A DNA stretch of 64,000 nt, from contig CM060732.1 in assembly GCA_030704615.1 (NCBI GenBank), positions 27,962,001 to 28,026,000 on the forward strand, read 5' to 3'. The stretch comes from Takakia lepidozioides (lineage: Eukaryota; Plantae; Bryophyta). This document shows, in pieces, positions 34,701 to 47,699 of the stretch. Positions within the stretch are counted from its first letter, which is position 1. Every line of letters starts with the position of its first letter. A program made the position numbers and the translations under genes. Under the pieces are notes generated by a model that was not told the origin of the DNA, searched no databases, and was given only the letters and a program-made list of their open reading frames with translations.

Positions 34701-37700
34701 TCTCTAGAATCCATTCAAGTGGGGGTGCTTAAGGAGTGTATGTCAGCATGCTCCAAAACAGCCAATGTGGTTGTTCAGGGTGAGTTTGGCATTCCATCCT
34801 TAAGCTCCCGACGAGATGAATTCAAGGTCAGATGGTGGGGTCAGCTGCAACATATGCCCAACACCAGATATCCTAAGTTGATCGACTCTATATCTTGGAA
34901 ACAAGACCGCCCTGTCAAACAGGCTAAGTCCTGGCAGAAGAGAGTAGAAAAGATTCTCAAGGACCTGGACCTGGATCCGCAAGTCTTGACCCTGCTGGAT
35001 AAATCTGCCTTAGAGGCTGTAGTGTCTGAAGCCATGTTTGTTGCCATGAGATTGTCTGATGAAATGAAGTTAGGCAGAGAACTTCCCTGAACTTCTTTCT
35101 AGTCAGTGACATGGGGGTGGACATCTTGGATGACCTCAAGGGTCTACCCACTCTCGGCACTAGACTGAAATTTAAACTCAGGGCAGGAAGCAAGCCTACC
35201 TTTGAACAGCAAACAGAAGCAGAGAGGAAAGGGAGAGTGCAATTGTCCGTTGTGTGGGCAATCTGAAGACAATATTCATTTTCTGATACACTGTCCGGGG
35301 TTCTCTCACCAAAGAGACGCTGTCTTCAATTCAATCAAGGGAATTGTGCCTGTACCCCTGTTCACCAACTTTGAAAGTTGGGAGGCTGAGCCAAAAGCCC
35401 AGGCCTTCCTGAGGCCTAGTTTTTGGGCAAATCACACACAGCAGATTGATGCTTGTGTGAAGGGTTTTCTAGAGGATATCTGGAAAACCCGGATTATTGG
35501 ATTACTAGAAAACCCGGATTACCCGAACCTGGCAAAGTTGTGAAGTGGGTGGGGTCCTCATTTTACATACCAATCTGTAAGTGTGGATAGAGGAGGGTCT
35601 GATCAGAGTTGTCGTGCAATGATAATGTCAGGGCAGTATTTGAAACTGCAATAGTGAGAGTGAGTGTGAGTGTTAACATGACTTTTTGTGGTCATTAACA
35701 TAGGGTAGTGTTGTGCTGGTGATTACTCTTCTGCATTAGTTGCATTTGTCACTCAGCTCTCTGTATTACTGCAGACATAGTGACTAGGTTAGTGGCGCGG
35801 GGATACCAATATTGGTTGCATCCCAACAGTATGTCTAACAAACCTCTGTTCAATCACTGTTGTCACAGAATGGTATGTCGCTCGTCAGGTTGACCATGCT
35901 AGCATACTGAGCTGGTACATGACAAATGCAGGCAAAGGAGCGAGACCGAAGTCCATCGTTGCATGAAATCCAGGAAGGTTCATTAAGCAGAACATTAACC
36001 AGCGAGCGGATGGTGAGATCCACGTGATCATTCTTTCTCCCATTTTTTGTCGATTATTTTGTTCTAGGCATTTTCCCTACCAACGGCATGATGTTCTCAT
36101 GTTGTTCATGGACTTGCGTGGACCTGGCAGGAGGGGACCTCTGGGTATTCAGCAATTGCTGCAAAGTGGAGGATATGGAAAGAGCACAGGGTGCACAACA
36201 CAAAGATACGATGGATTTGAAGGCTACAATATCGCATGTGATGATGTACCAGAAGGCCATGGCTGAGAAATTTGGGATCAGCATTTCCTCACCTGCCTTA
36301 GTGGGCTCATCCATAGCAAACAGCTCGTGCATCGCTGGCCCTTCAGCCTCAAGACGTCTGGAGGACAGGTTTGACTTGCCTGGCATGTCACCAGGTAACG
36401 TCACTCCCGTTGATGCATTCGAGGATGATGTGCAGGTGGAGCATGTTGGCCCAGGTGGAGGGGACGACACCCCTACCAAGGAACTTACGCGTCCTCGTGC
36501 AGTTCTGTCACACTGTGCGGTAGTGGAGGCGCATGCAGAACTCCAGCCTGCTGCTGTCGCGGTGGGGGCATCTGAGACAACCCTGGACATTGACCTTGTT
36601 TCCCCGCGGGCAGATATTACCGAGCAACCCACGGTTGTCACTTCCACTCCCAACCTTCAATTAATGTCGGAGAATGTCGTGCACACAATAGTGGAGAAGG
36701 GCAAGCATTTGCTCATCCTAGATATTAATGGATTGTTGTGTGAGTGCGTCCATGTCGGGAGCGGTAATGCGTTTGTGGTTCCAAATGGCCTTGAGCACAA
36801 ATTATGTGGTAGCAAGATGGTCGTTGTAAGGCCTGGTTGCAAAGCTTTTTTGGACAAGTGTTTCGAACACTTTGAAGTGGCAGCATGGTCTTGTATGCAA
36901 CCACGTAACTTCCTACCCACAGTGGACTGGCTTTTCCATGGGCACCGTGACCTTGCATTCAAGTGGGATGGAGGATATTGTGAGCAGTCCACTGACATAG
37001 ATGGGAGCCCGCCCATGAAACCACGGTTTCTGAAGAACCTATCTACAGTGTGGCGGGACAACTGTGTCTGGAATCCTGAAACCACTCTTCTTGTTGACGA
37101 CACACCGCACAAGGGGTCAAAAAATCCAGCATACAGCGCCATTTTCCCACTGCCTTGGAGAAGTCGTTCTGTAGAGGCGCACAATGATAATTTCCTTCTG
37201 ACCAGCTTATGGCCCTTCTTGGAGGGGGCAGCTAAGGCTCCGAGCATTCCAGAATATCTCAAAGGGCAACCCACATTTGGGCAACAAGCTATCAGCCCTC
37301 GAGCCATTCAGCCTCGCCAGGTAACATACTTTGTAGTGTGGTACACAGTGCCAGACATTAGAGGCATTTTTGTGTGACTCCCTTGTGCCATTGCCAGCCT
37401 CATTTGTGCTTAAGTTGTGGCAGTAAAACATGTTGTGATAGAGTTTGTCAAATTACTGTCGCAGTGTCAACTGTAGGCATTGACAGTTTGGGTGCATCTT
37501 ATTGTGTTAGTGTAATTTGAGTTCCCAGTGTAGATAATATACATTTTTGGTGCTTGTTGGTTGGTTGTAGGTGCTTGGCCACAAACGAGGCCCCCCAAAT
37601 CAAAGGGCAGCACACCTTCACCCTTTGAGGAAGCCGACACCACTGATCCCTGATTCGCAGAATGGGGTAGGTGTATGCATCTGCTATTCTCCCCTTCCCA

Positions 37701-38096
37701 ACCTGGATAGACAAATTGTTATTAGCTCCTTGTAGACCTTGTAGACACAATACGTTCCACGATCCATGTTCCACAATTCTCATGCAATCTGCCATGTTTG
37801 GGCTGGGATGGCAGTTCGTGGTGGGAGACCATGTCAAGCTCATAGACACTGTTTCGCGATCAACAGCCGGATCTGGCCGCATTGCTGGTCTCCAAGGGAT
37901 GGAGGTGAGTGAAGGGTACCCTGTTGTGCCAGAAGGCTATGTGGCCATCCACATTGATGATGTCCGCATTCCCAATGCCCCTCTACCATATCACAACAAA
38001 TCCATGAAGCCTCATCACACTGAGTTGGGAGACACTGTAGGTTACATTACTGTGTGGAGTGACAAACTAGTGAAGACCTTGCAGACAAAGAGATGA
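31752..38096 (+). CDS. Multi-exon CACTA TnpA-like gene: Ptta/Transposase_24-like region, FCP1/NIF HAD phosphatase-like domain, Tnp1-like C-terminus
   Basis: HWDRLVSYWQT..KS..KTGRGG (~33540-33660); LLILDINGLL, VRPG, FEVAAWS, KNLSTVW, TLLVDDTPHK (36700-37270); VAIHIDDV..APLPY..LGDTVGYITVW (37940-38070). Exon model inferred. Confidence 0.7.
33738..35497 (+). mobile_element. Two tandem 3' fragments of a non-LTR retrotransposon within an intron
   Basis: ALEYRSAIW..LESIQ..GEFG; RLKFKLRAG; CPLCGQSEDNIHFLIHCP knuckle. 33738-34310 duplicates 34916-35497. Confidence 0.8.
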
Positions 38097-38459
38097 GGCA
38101 GGTCGGCTAGCATCGTGGATTTCTTGGGGATTTCCACCTGTGCCTCATCCGGATTTGGCAACTACGGTAACTTATAGTAGTGACAGTTTCTCTGAATTGA
38201 CTGTCCAATTTTGATAGCAATCACATGTTGGATTTTCTCATGCATGTTGTTGCAAACTTATGCCTCATTAATGAGCAATGTGGTGGTAGGTGGTATGTCC
38301 CCATTGCACACACTATGGTTGGTTATGTTGTTGCTGTTCATATGTGGTTGATAATGGTGATGCTGGATGGTGATGTTGCTGCTATTGTGGTCTTTCAGAA
38401 TTACGTATGTGCCACTTTTGTGCCTAAAGTCTTGCTGTATACATGATTGTGATGTTGTA

Positions 38460-38961
38460 TGGCACATGCACGTGGCACCCTATTGGCTGCCTCCGTGGCA
38501 TATCCACGTGTCCGTCTAGAGTCATAACCATGAGTACCGAACCCAATATGATACGTGTATGAGCATATTACATTCCGACACGTGACCCCCTAAGGTCCCC
38601 GCGCAGTTGGTCCTATGACTCCATATGCAGAACGTCCAGTCAAATGTATGTCTACGAAGCAGCACGTGAGGTTTAGAGGATCGTGCACGTGGCACCACCT
38701 GGGACTACAACGTCCTCATGGAATCCCCTGTTCATGGAATATACCGTACTGCGCCAGTCGTAGGTATGACTGGCAAGAATCCACCACAGCTCTCGAAAGT
38801 CCAGCACGTGGGCACACACGAACGTGGCATATGGTGTCCCCAGATGCTGCCACGTGTTCACCCCAAATTCCCCCCCATGAAGACATACATGTGACTGCGA
38901 AGCCCCGTCCCCCACAGTGACACGTGGCAATGATATGTCGCACCACGCGTTTCTTCTAGGG
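38460..38961 (+). repeat. CACTA subterminal CACGTG repeats and degenerate right TIR
   Basis: About 8 CACGTG motifs ending in CGCGTTTCTTCTAGGG, similar to the reverse complement (CCGCGTTTTTCCTCTAGTG) of the TIR at 58557. Confidence 0.6.
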
Positions 38962-39888
38962 TGGGGTGTGGTCATACCGTAGTTGGTTTGGTTCGAAGGT
39001 GGCCAACAGTGTCACACCCGGTGGAAATTGTAAGAGAGGGTGTGGGTTGTCTAATGACTGAGTATAATGATCGTAATGGCCGACGGAGAAGAGTGCGCTG
39101 CCTGCATGCGGGCCCATTGGAGAGCCTCGTGAGTAAGGGGTGGGGGGGTGGGGATGGGCAAGACCTCTACCCGTCCATGTGTGGTGGGTGGCGTGCCCGA
39201 TGGCTCCGAAGAGGCGGTCTCCGGGATGGGGCCTGGCAAATGATGTGAGTTCCATGGGACATATAAGTGGACAGCAGTAGTAGGATTGTCTAAGTTGGAA
39301 TGAGGTGATGAGTAAAGTGAGAATATCTTGGGGGATAGTGTTATGGGCTAGGGCTTGTGTTAGCTTGTACAATGATCGAGGTTTCTTGGAGGCCCCATCT
39401 TGGAGGTGACGATCGACAAGCCAACTAAGTTCAGTAGCGAAATCTTGGCGGGGTGGTTGTAGTGGGGTGTCGTTGAGGGGTATGGAAGAGTATTTGGTCC
39501 ATAGCCAGACTAATCTGTTATTGGGAATGAGGCCAAGGAAGCGGCCGTTGAGGGCATAGATGGTGGACATAGAGGGTCCTTTGCATATTGTGGGGGAGGA
39601 GTGCAGGATGTCTTCGTCAGGGTGTATGTTGGGGGCGGTACTACGTGGCTTGTGTATATGGCGGGCATCTTTGGGTTGGATTTGAGAGATATGTAGTTGG
39701 TGAATGTGTGCGAGGTAGTTAGTGTTGGTGCGTTTGTGAAAAGCGGTTAGAAGCATGAGGTTGTGGGCTGGGCTGGGCTGGGCTGAGCGCTCAAAGTGGG
39801 AGAGGAAGGGGCTGGTGTTCCATGCTTGTTCTAGCAGTGAAATCGTATTAGGGTACCCTGGGAAATCGGTTTGGATACTAATTCGCAT
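38962..39888 (-). pseudogene. Probable LINE fragment with a PCIF1/CAPAM-like (adenine MTase-fold) motif series
   Basis: SYYCCPLICP..DRLFGAIG..WTGRGLAHP resembles FASPLN..FGS.G..G..ANPP; recognised by eye only. Confidence 0.4.
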
Positions 39889-39899
39889 TTGTCATAGTA

Positions 39900-42850
39900 T
39901 TAGTGTTCGTGCACTTCGGGAGTGGAGGCAGGCTTGTGAGTGTAGGGACGGAAGGGACAGACTTGACTGATGGATTTATCTTTACTGTGGTGAGTCACCA
40001 AACAGCAGCAAACTGCGAGTGAAGAAAGCTGTAGTCAGTCCAACAGCGAGGGTACTGACCAGCAAAAGGAGAGCAAAAAGAAAGTAAAACAAGTTAGGTT
40101 TGAATTGCTACCAGGAGTAACTACCTCACTGCCAATACTGACAGCATGTGGGAAGAAAGGACAGAATTACCTGAGAGACAGAGGGATTATGGGCTTTCGT
40201 CTGAAGACTTTCCACGGAAACACACATGTGAGGCACAGTCAACTGATAACAGTGAGGGAAAAGGGGAGCAAGCAAAAAGACAGACGATGTTGAGAGAAAG
40301 TTGTGCCAAGGGAGGCAATGACTCACAGCAAGAGGATGGGGAGCATCACCAGCAGTTGGCAACCATGGATTTAAACGGGCCTGCACAGACATCAACAAAG
40401 GGAGGATTTTACTGAGAAAGGTGTGACACCAGCAAACTTGAAGCCAGCATTAGAGAAAATCTAGTGTAGTCTGAATCTGCCACAGGGAGAGAAAATTAGA
40501 ATGAGTAAAATGTCATATGGATTACCTGAGGAAGAAGGCATTAGTGAGCAGAGATTTCACCAAAGGAGCTGTTTTGAGAGTTCAATCTGTGAGGAAAAAC
40601 CAGCATGTCAACTTGAGATGAGAGGAAGAGAGCAATTCAAAGTGAATTTTTTTTAACAGCAAAAATATGAAGAAAAGGGCAGGTCAAGTCAGTTACTCAT
40701 AGAACAAGAGAAAGGCCAGCTGAGAGATGATCATGGAGAGGAAGACCTTGAGAGTTTGATTTGTAGAAGAAGGACACCAGATCACTATGAAAAAAGGGAA
40801 AGAGAGAATAATTTGATTGGACAGCAAAAGTGTGAGAGATCATGCAAAACTAGTGACATACCTGCAGGCCGAGCGAAAAGAGAGCCAGGTAATAAACATG
40901 ATGGGGTAAGCCTTGAAAATTTGACCTGTGGGAAACGAGAAAATCACAGTGAGAAAAGAGAGGAGAGTTTGGCAAAACCGCAAGACGAGACCATAAAAAA
41001 CAATGACTACTCTCAGCAAAAAGGGAGGAAGCTTCAGCAAGGGAAAACAAGGAAGGATGAGAAGCTGGAAGGCAAGGGCACTCATCTTCAGGAAACACTT
41101 CAGCAAAGCAGTGAAAGATCCAGCGAGGACGAAGCAACATGGATGTCTCGGTCAGTTTTTGCAAGATCATCAACGGGGAGAACTTGACTATGTGTTCACT
41201 TGGATATCTGGAAGGAGAACGGCTGGACCAGAACTGGTGACAGCAGGTCAGCATAACACCTATGCAAAGCAAGCAGAGCTGGAGGACAAAATTTGGGAGT
41301 TGGGAGCAAAACAGCATGGTCCCAACAAATGGAAACCTACTGGAGGAGAAGGGGCACAAGCTGAACAAGAAAAGAAGAAAGAGGGATTACCTCTTTGCGG
41401 GCTGATAAGGAGCAGTACCCGAGTGCAAGACCTGCACACCAACAAGGGAAATCAGCATGAAGCAAAAGAAAAACAAGACAAACAGATATGTGGAGTAAAG
41501 CTGGAAAACAGGGAAGGTCAACGTCAACGGAAGCCGACTGATGAAAAAGGAGAACAGATCAGAAGGGAGTCCTTATCCTTTTTTGGACTAATACGGAGCA
41601 TTACAGGCATCATTAACCTGCACACCAACAAAGGATATCAGAAGAGAGACAGATGGGAAAACAAAGAACCAAGTCAGCCAAATAGGGAAGCAAGGATGGA
41701 GCAAGAGGACAAAGTCTTGACAAAAGGAGACCTACTGATGGATTACGAGAGGCACAAGCTGAAGGTAAAAGAGAAGAAGGAGACTTATCTTTGACTGGCG
41801 GACAGATAAGGAGCGATACTGAAAATTATGATCTGCACACAAAGGGATTGCAGCAGCAAACAGAGGTAGAACTGGGGTCAAAAAGGGACCAGTCAGGAAG
41901 GGATGAAGCAATAGCAAGGGAGGTTCAGTCTTCCTGTCAGAAGTCACATCACAAAGAAGAACAAACAGATCCTGAAATAGTATCTTACAATGGTACAAAT
42001 GAAGAAAAAAAAAAGGAAACAAGACAACCAGATTTGGGAGTCTTCAGCAGGGCAGCAAATTACTAAATGGAGACCTGCGTATGGAGATCAAAACACACCA
42101 AAGGGACTCAAGTGGGTTGTCACCATGGAAGGAGAGGATGGAGATGGTCAGAAGGACTGGCGTGATGAGAGGGAGATAGCCAAGCTGAGAAGAGATGAAG
42201 AACTGAAAGACCAAGGTGAGGACCGACATCCACCACCAAGAAAGAAGGCACCTGCTGATACTGTCACCAATAAATTGTGCATATTTTGCAGGAGACAACC
42301 AGCATGTGGAAGAAAGAGAAGCATACCAGCAGCCGGGAGCTCACTTGACTTCATTACAACCATAAACATGGTCTTTACCAGGAGCCAAGGGGCAGGAACC
42401 CAGGAAGGGAAGGAAGCAGAAGTTGATGACACCTCTGAAACTGAGTCAAATGAACTGAACTCGAAGGAAACACCATCAGCAAACATAAACCTGTCACCCG
42501 CCTCCTATGATGAAGAAACTACAAATGCCTTGAGTCATGAAGGGACCAGCAATGAAGAAAAGCATGAGCAGTTGCGTACTGAGCCTCTGGCGATTCAAAT
42601 CAGCAGAAAGAAGGGGCTGATCACAAAACACATGCAGCTGGAGTTGTTAATGGCAGTTGAAGGTGAACAGAAGGAGGAAGAGGGCTGGAACAGCCTCAGT
42701 GATGAAGAACAAAAGGAGGAGACAATTTCTGATATTCTGGATGACATACAGGTCATGCACATGCTTACATTTGGTGAAGTAAATGAATATTTGGATTCCA
42801 AAGAAGCAAAAAGAGTGAGGAAGAGGGCCAAATCATACAAACCTCCAGTA
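39900..42850 (+). mobile_element. Degenerate purine-rich retroelement-derived sequence
   Basis: DILDDIQVMHML..EAKRVRKRAKSY resembles the gypsy RH-IN linker; ~200-bp-period module repeated at ~41390, 41580 and 41790. Confidence 0.4.
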
Positions 42851-43169
42851 TTACCAGAAGGATACACTGTAACTGGTGGCCATTCTGGAGCAACATTGTC
42901 TGCACCATAGGACTCTATTTCTTGGGAGATATCCCGGCGGCCCACTGAGGGTGTATTTGGATAACCATCTCCTCCTCTTGGGCCGTGCTGAACACCAAAG
43001 GGAGGAACTCTAACATCCAGAGTTTGTCGCAACCACTGCTGCTTAGTAAGTCCACGATAACCTGCAACAAAGTATAATCCTTGTGAAAACCCTTACTCCA
43101 AAACGAGTGTGTCGGCAACCAGAATTCCACATACAAATAATAAACAACCGTGAATAAGAATGGAGCAAA

Positions 43170-43262
43170 AAGACATCTATCCAATAAAGTAGCAAAGAGT
43201 CTACAAATCCTATCCAATAAGGCGGCAAAGAGTCTACAAAACCAATCCAATAAAGCAGCTAG
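43170..43262. repeat. 30-bp tandem repeat x3
   Basis: ATCCAATAAAGTAGCAAAGAGTCTACAAAT-like unit. Confidence 0.8.
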
Positions 43263-45364
43263 GAGTGAGACATACCAGGAGCAGGAGCAGGAGCTCGGAG
43301 GAATGCGTGCTTCAGGCCTGCGACAATCCCACCTTCTGTCCCACGTCGGGGGAAGTAATCCTCTGGGTCCCCACCCCAACGCTGAAAGCTAATAAGACCC
43401 GCAAGTATAACGCCCATTTCCTCAACATCAAGCCCACGCAGTCTCGAGAATTTCTCCTGCCAGCTGCCTCCACCCTGCGCCATGTTGTCCAGGCTGACTG
43501 ATGAAGGCCCCGGGAGAGCCACCGATGAAGTCAAACCCCAAAACCCTAAATCGCCCCACAGCCGTAGAATCAACCAGAAAGCAAGTAGCACTGAGGTTGT
43601 AAAGCTCTCAGTTGCCACGCGCTTCCACCGTTTCCACGTTCGCTCGTCTCTGCTCTGAGTCCATTCAATCAAAGGCCAGTCACACTGCTATTGCAATCTA
43701 CACCACATAATTCTCTTTTTTGTTACTAAGCTAGAAATCAGTCTATATGGCCATGGCGTCTCTCTGTCTTTTTCCAGTCCACTGACACGCTCCACTGATT
43801 CTCTTGGTCATGCACCGGTTGTTGCTAATCCAGAACTCTATAAAACGCATCGCTTCCATATCCACATCTCTTGCCCGTAAGTAGTGTTGACAAAAGGCAG
43901 TAGCGCGGATGCAATATGAGTCTCCACGATAGGTTTAGCCAGCCCCAACCGCCGTGTTTAATTTTAGCTAACCGCTCTGCTGTAGCCTGAGCTTTTCGCA
44001 AGACAGTGCAGCATGCAAATTGGCAAAACCACAAATGGCATCGCAGTTGGGCCATGTCACAGGAGCAGCTGAACCCTCCCCAATCAGCTGCTTTTTATCC
44101 ATCTACATACATTCATCCACCACGGACCAAACTTTATTATACATCCAAGTACTTGGGTTCATACATCCATTGAGAGTCCCATGGACTACGAGGAGATAGA
44201 TGACGTCCATTGAATCACAGGGATGAAAACTGAATGGATGTGTCCCTACGGACGATAGAGTGAGCTCATCCCTAAGGAAGCCTGTGCAGCCACTACAATC
44301 CTTTCCCACTTTTTTCATCCTCTCTTTCTTCTTGGTCCGCTTGTGAGAAAGGGGTCCATTGCGTGTTACACTTGAGCTCCCAGGAGGATTTTGAGAATGT
44401 CTCTCTAAATCTAGTCTGTTGTTTGTTGTGAATGTAGCCGCAGAGTACACAACATTGTTCACCAGTCTATGAGGGACTGGACGGTAGCTGAAAAGTAACT
44501 TCATTTTCCTCATCTCTAGAGTCTTTTGTGTTCAATTGAATCGGGGACCATGGGAGAACAACCCCCGGAGCCCATGGATGGGGACCGCGCGGAGTTTGAC
44601 AAGAACGATGATGCGAATAAAGACACTGCAGAAACCCACCAGTTGTCTGAAGGATTAGCTTCTTGTGCCTTTGAAGCCTGCCTCTTTGCACGTTTTTTGT
44701 CTGCAGCCTCAGAATGCACATCCCCTTGATGTGTGGAATCGTGATCATCACCATGAGGGGGTGTGAATGGAGGAGGACCACCATTAAAAGGGGGGCCTGC
44801 CCACTGCCCACCAGCAGTGGGACAAGGAGGTGCCCAAGTTTGGGCAACTCCTTGTACCCATGCCCCATTACCTCCAGAATTGGACCCACCTGGTATCCAT
44901 GACCATGTATTGGTTGTGGGTAGTGGGGCCATGGGCTGCTGCCAGGTAGGCGGTCCTTACTGCAGCCATGTTTGCCCGCCTGTGGACTGTACCTATGGCC
45001 CATTCGGGGCTTGTTGTACCCATGTCGTAGGTGGACTAGCAGTAGGAGCCACAGCCTGAGGTCCCCCTTCCTTTGCACGCTTTGATGCAGCCTAACACAA
45101 GCCCCTCCACCCCACATAGTTGGAACTTAGGGAAAAAAGGAAGTGGCATGGCAAAAGTTGAACCTGCATGCTAGCAATGAACGCATACAGACCTTGGCCC
45201 AAAGTGCCTTAAAATGTTTGGCATCCGATGCTGTGAATGCATGGAACGTCATGCTTTGGCAACCATGCAATGACCAACATCCATTTCCATATTAAAAAAT
45301 GTACCCTGCCTGGTCCAAAATACCCTCCCTCATGCATTCAGGGCCGACTCTAATGAGAGGGCAA

Positions 45365-45625
45365 AGTAGACTGAATTTAAACTCAGTGGGGGTAAGCCTA
45401 TCTGACCCACTGTCGTAATTGAAGAATCCATGACAAAACCAAGTTGTGTTGCAACTGACTCCCTCCTCTCTCTGAAAATCTAAACTGTCCGGGGTTTTCT
45501 AAGCAGACAGACCCTCTTGTCAAATCTACCAAGGGAATTCTGCCTGTACCTTTGTTGACCAAACAATGTGGGCGCGGGGTCAATGGGCACGGCAAACATA
45601 GGCAAACAACATCTTGGGAGTACAC
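45365..45625 (+). mobile_element. Short diverged LINE 3' fragment related to 33738-34440
   Basis: Shared GTAGACTGAA.TTTAAACTCAG, CTGTCCGGGGTT, CAAGGGAATT.TGCCTGTACC and GGGGTCAATGG blocks. Confidence 0.65.
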
Positions 45626-45838
45626 TCATTCTTACAAGTACAATTTCATGTTGAAAGATCTGACAAGAAAGTCTCGCTGCTTAAAAAAACGTTTTTCACT
45701 AAATCAATAAGTTGAAGAAGAGGTGCCATCAACACCACCCAACCTGCTAACTTCCAGAAATTCAACATGCAATTGACAGGGCCGAGTCTGATGAGAGGGT
45801 AAAACAGGCTGCAATACGTCATCGAAGAAGGTGCCCAC

Positions 45839-46421
45839 CTTATGGCCACCTCCATCCTAGCAGCATCGTGGAAGGACAAGTAACGCACATAGACGTCATG
45901 CTCCAAGGTGAACGAGAACTCCCTCCTCCCGAAAAAGGAGGGGGCCGCACCCTGGATGCTTTCCATCTGCAGACCCCACACATGCAAAATTGCAGCCCCT
46001 TCTCTCTTGAGGACAAGCCTTCTCAAATCATTGCTTCAAGTGTAAACGGCTGCTAAAAGTCACAGCTCGTAGTTATAACAGCAAAGAAGTGAAAGTGCGA
46101 CTTGTAACATCTACAGTTCCCGTACTAAAGTCATCCACTCCACTTCAAATTCCTACATGTCTCTGTATATGTTAAAAACAAATAAATAAAGAAACTTTGC
46201 TAAGTCCATGGAAAGCTCAAAGAGCTTATACAAAAGAAAGCAGGGTACAAGACAGAATGTTGGACACTGAACAAGGAGTCCAAACACAGCTACTCTAAGG
46301 TGGTAAACAAACAAACAAAGATGACAAACTCCCGAGTCATTGACAAAGACCACATTGTTTGGGAATTTACCTTGTCCATATGACAACCACTTGTGCATCT
46401 CTGTGCAAGGAAGCAGCCTTC
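45839..46421 (-). pseudogene. PRIM1: DNA primase small subunit gene fragment (two exons: 46371-46421 and 45839-45966)
   Basis: AG/GT-bounded exons splice to RLLPCTEMHKWLSYGQDGKHPGCGPSFFGRREFSFTLEHDVYVRYLSF, the conserved plant primase N-terminus. Confidence 0.85.
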
Positions 46422-46678
46422 CTGGTAGCACATCAAACACGTGAGCTCAATCTACGGGCCTGGAATGCGAAGGCACAAAAACAGGTGTTCGCAGCAACAT
46501 CAACAATAGCGTCTGAATGAGGTGGCAAAGAGACCTAGCAGCTCAAAATCATACCGGGCAGATCAGACGCATTGTGCATGTACACGCGCTGAATTCATGT
46601 GGAGTCGACTGATGAGATTATGCTGATAGACCAGACAAACCAATATGGGAGAAGACATAACTAGGTCTTTCAAAAAAT

Positions 46679-47605
46679 TCAACATACATTTAGGGACAAG
46701 TCTAATGATAGGGCAAAACATGTTGCAATAGGTCAAAGAAGAAGGTGCCCTCACCACCACCCAACCAGCTAACTTTAGGGCTTAACATGCATTCAGGGCT
46801 GATGTCTGATGAGAGGGCAAAACAAGCTGCAATAGGTTGAAGAAGAAGGTGCTCCCACCCCACCCAACCAGCTGACTTACAGACTTCAACATGCATTTAG
46901 GGACAAGTTTGATGACAGGGAAAAATAGGTTGCAATAGGTCAAAGAAGAAGGTGCCCTCACCACCACCCAACTAGCTAACTTTAGGGCTTAACATGCATT
47001 CAGGGCTGAGTCTGCTGAGAGGGCAAAAAAGGCTGCAATACGTTGAAGAAGAAGGTGCCCTCACCCCACCCAACCAGCTAACTTTAGGGTTTAACATGTA
47101 TTCAAGGCTGAGTCTGATAAGAGGGCAAAACAGGCTGCAATAGGTTGAAGAAGAAGGTGCTCCCACCCCACCCAACCAGCTGACTTACAGACTTCAACAT
47201 GCATTTAGGGACAAGTCTGATGACAGGGCAAAACAGGTTGCAATAGGTCAAAGAAGAAGCTGCCCTCACCACCACCCAACCAGCTAACTTTAGGGTTTAA
47301 CATGCATTCAGGGCTGAGTTTGCTGAGAGGGCAAAAAGGCTGCAATACGTTGAAGAAGAAGGTGTCCTCACCCCACCCAACCAGCTAACTTATAGAATTC
47401 AACATGCATTTAGGGACAAGTCTGATGACAAGGCAAAACAGGTTGCAATAGGTCAAAGAAGAAGGTGCCCTCACCACCACCCAACCAGCCAACTTTAGGG
47501 TTTAACATGCATTCAGGGCTGAGTCTGATGAGAAGGCAAAACAGGCTACAACAGGTTGAAGAAGAAGATGCCCTCACCACCACCCAACCAGCGTACTTAC
47601 AGAAT
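46679..47605. repeat. Tandem array, ~102-104 bp unit x9, two alternating variants
   Basis: AACATGCATT(T/C)AGGG...GAAGAAGGTGCCCTCACCACCACCCAACCAGC recurring at ~46679, 46782, 46886, 46990, 47092, 47194, 47298, 47399 and 47503. Confidence 0.92.
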
Positions 47606-47667
47606 TAACAATGGTCAAAAACTAGGTTTGTAAGACTCGTAGAAAAGGTAATGTGACTTACCTTGGA

Positions 47668-47699
<32 letters not shown>

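Noticed and set aside
44103-45117. Pro/Gly-rich overlapping ORFs
   Set aside because: Low complexity with no recognisable domain; cannot assign.
46679-47605. CRISPR array or telomeric tract
   Set aside because: Whole units repeat with no unique spacers; TTTAGGG occurs only as isolated motifs.
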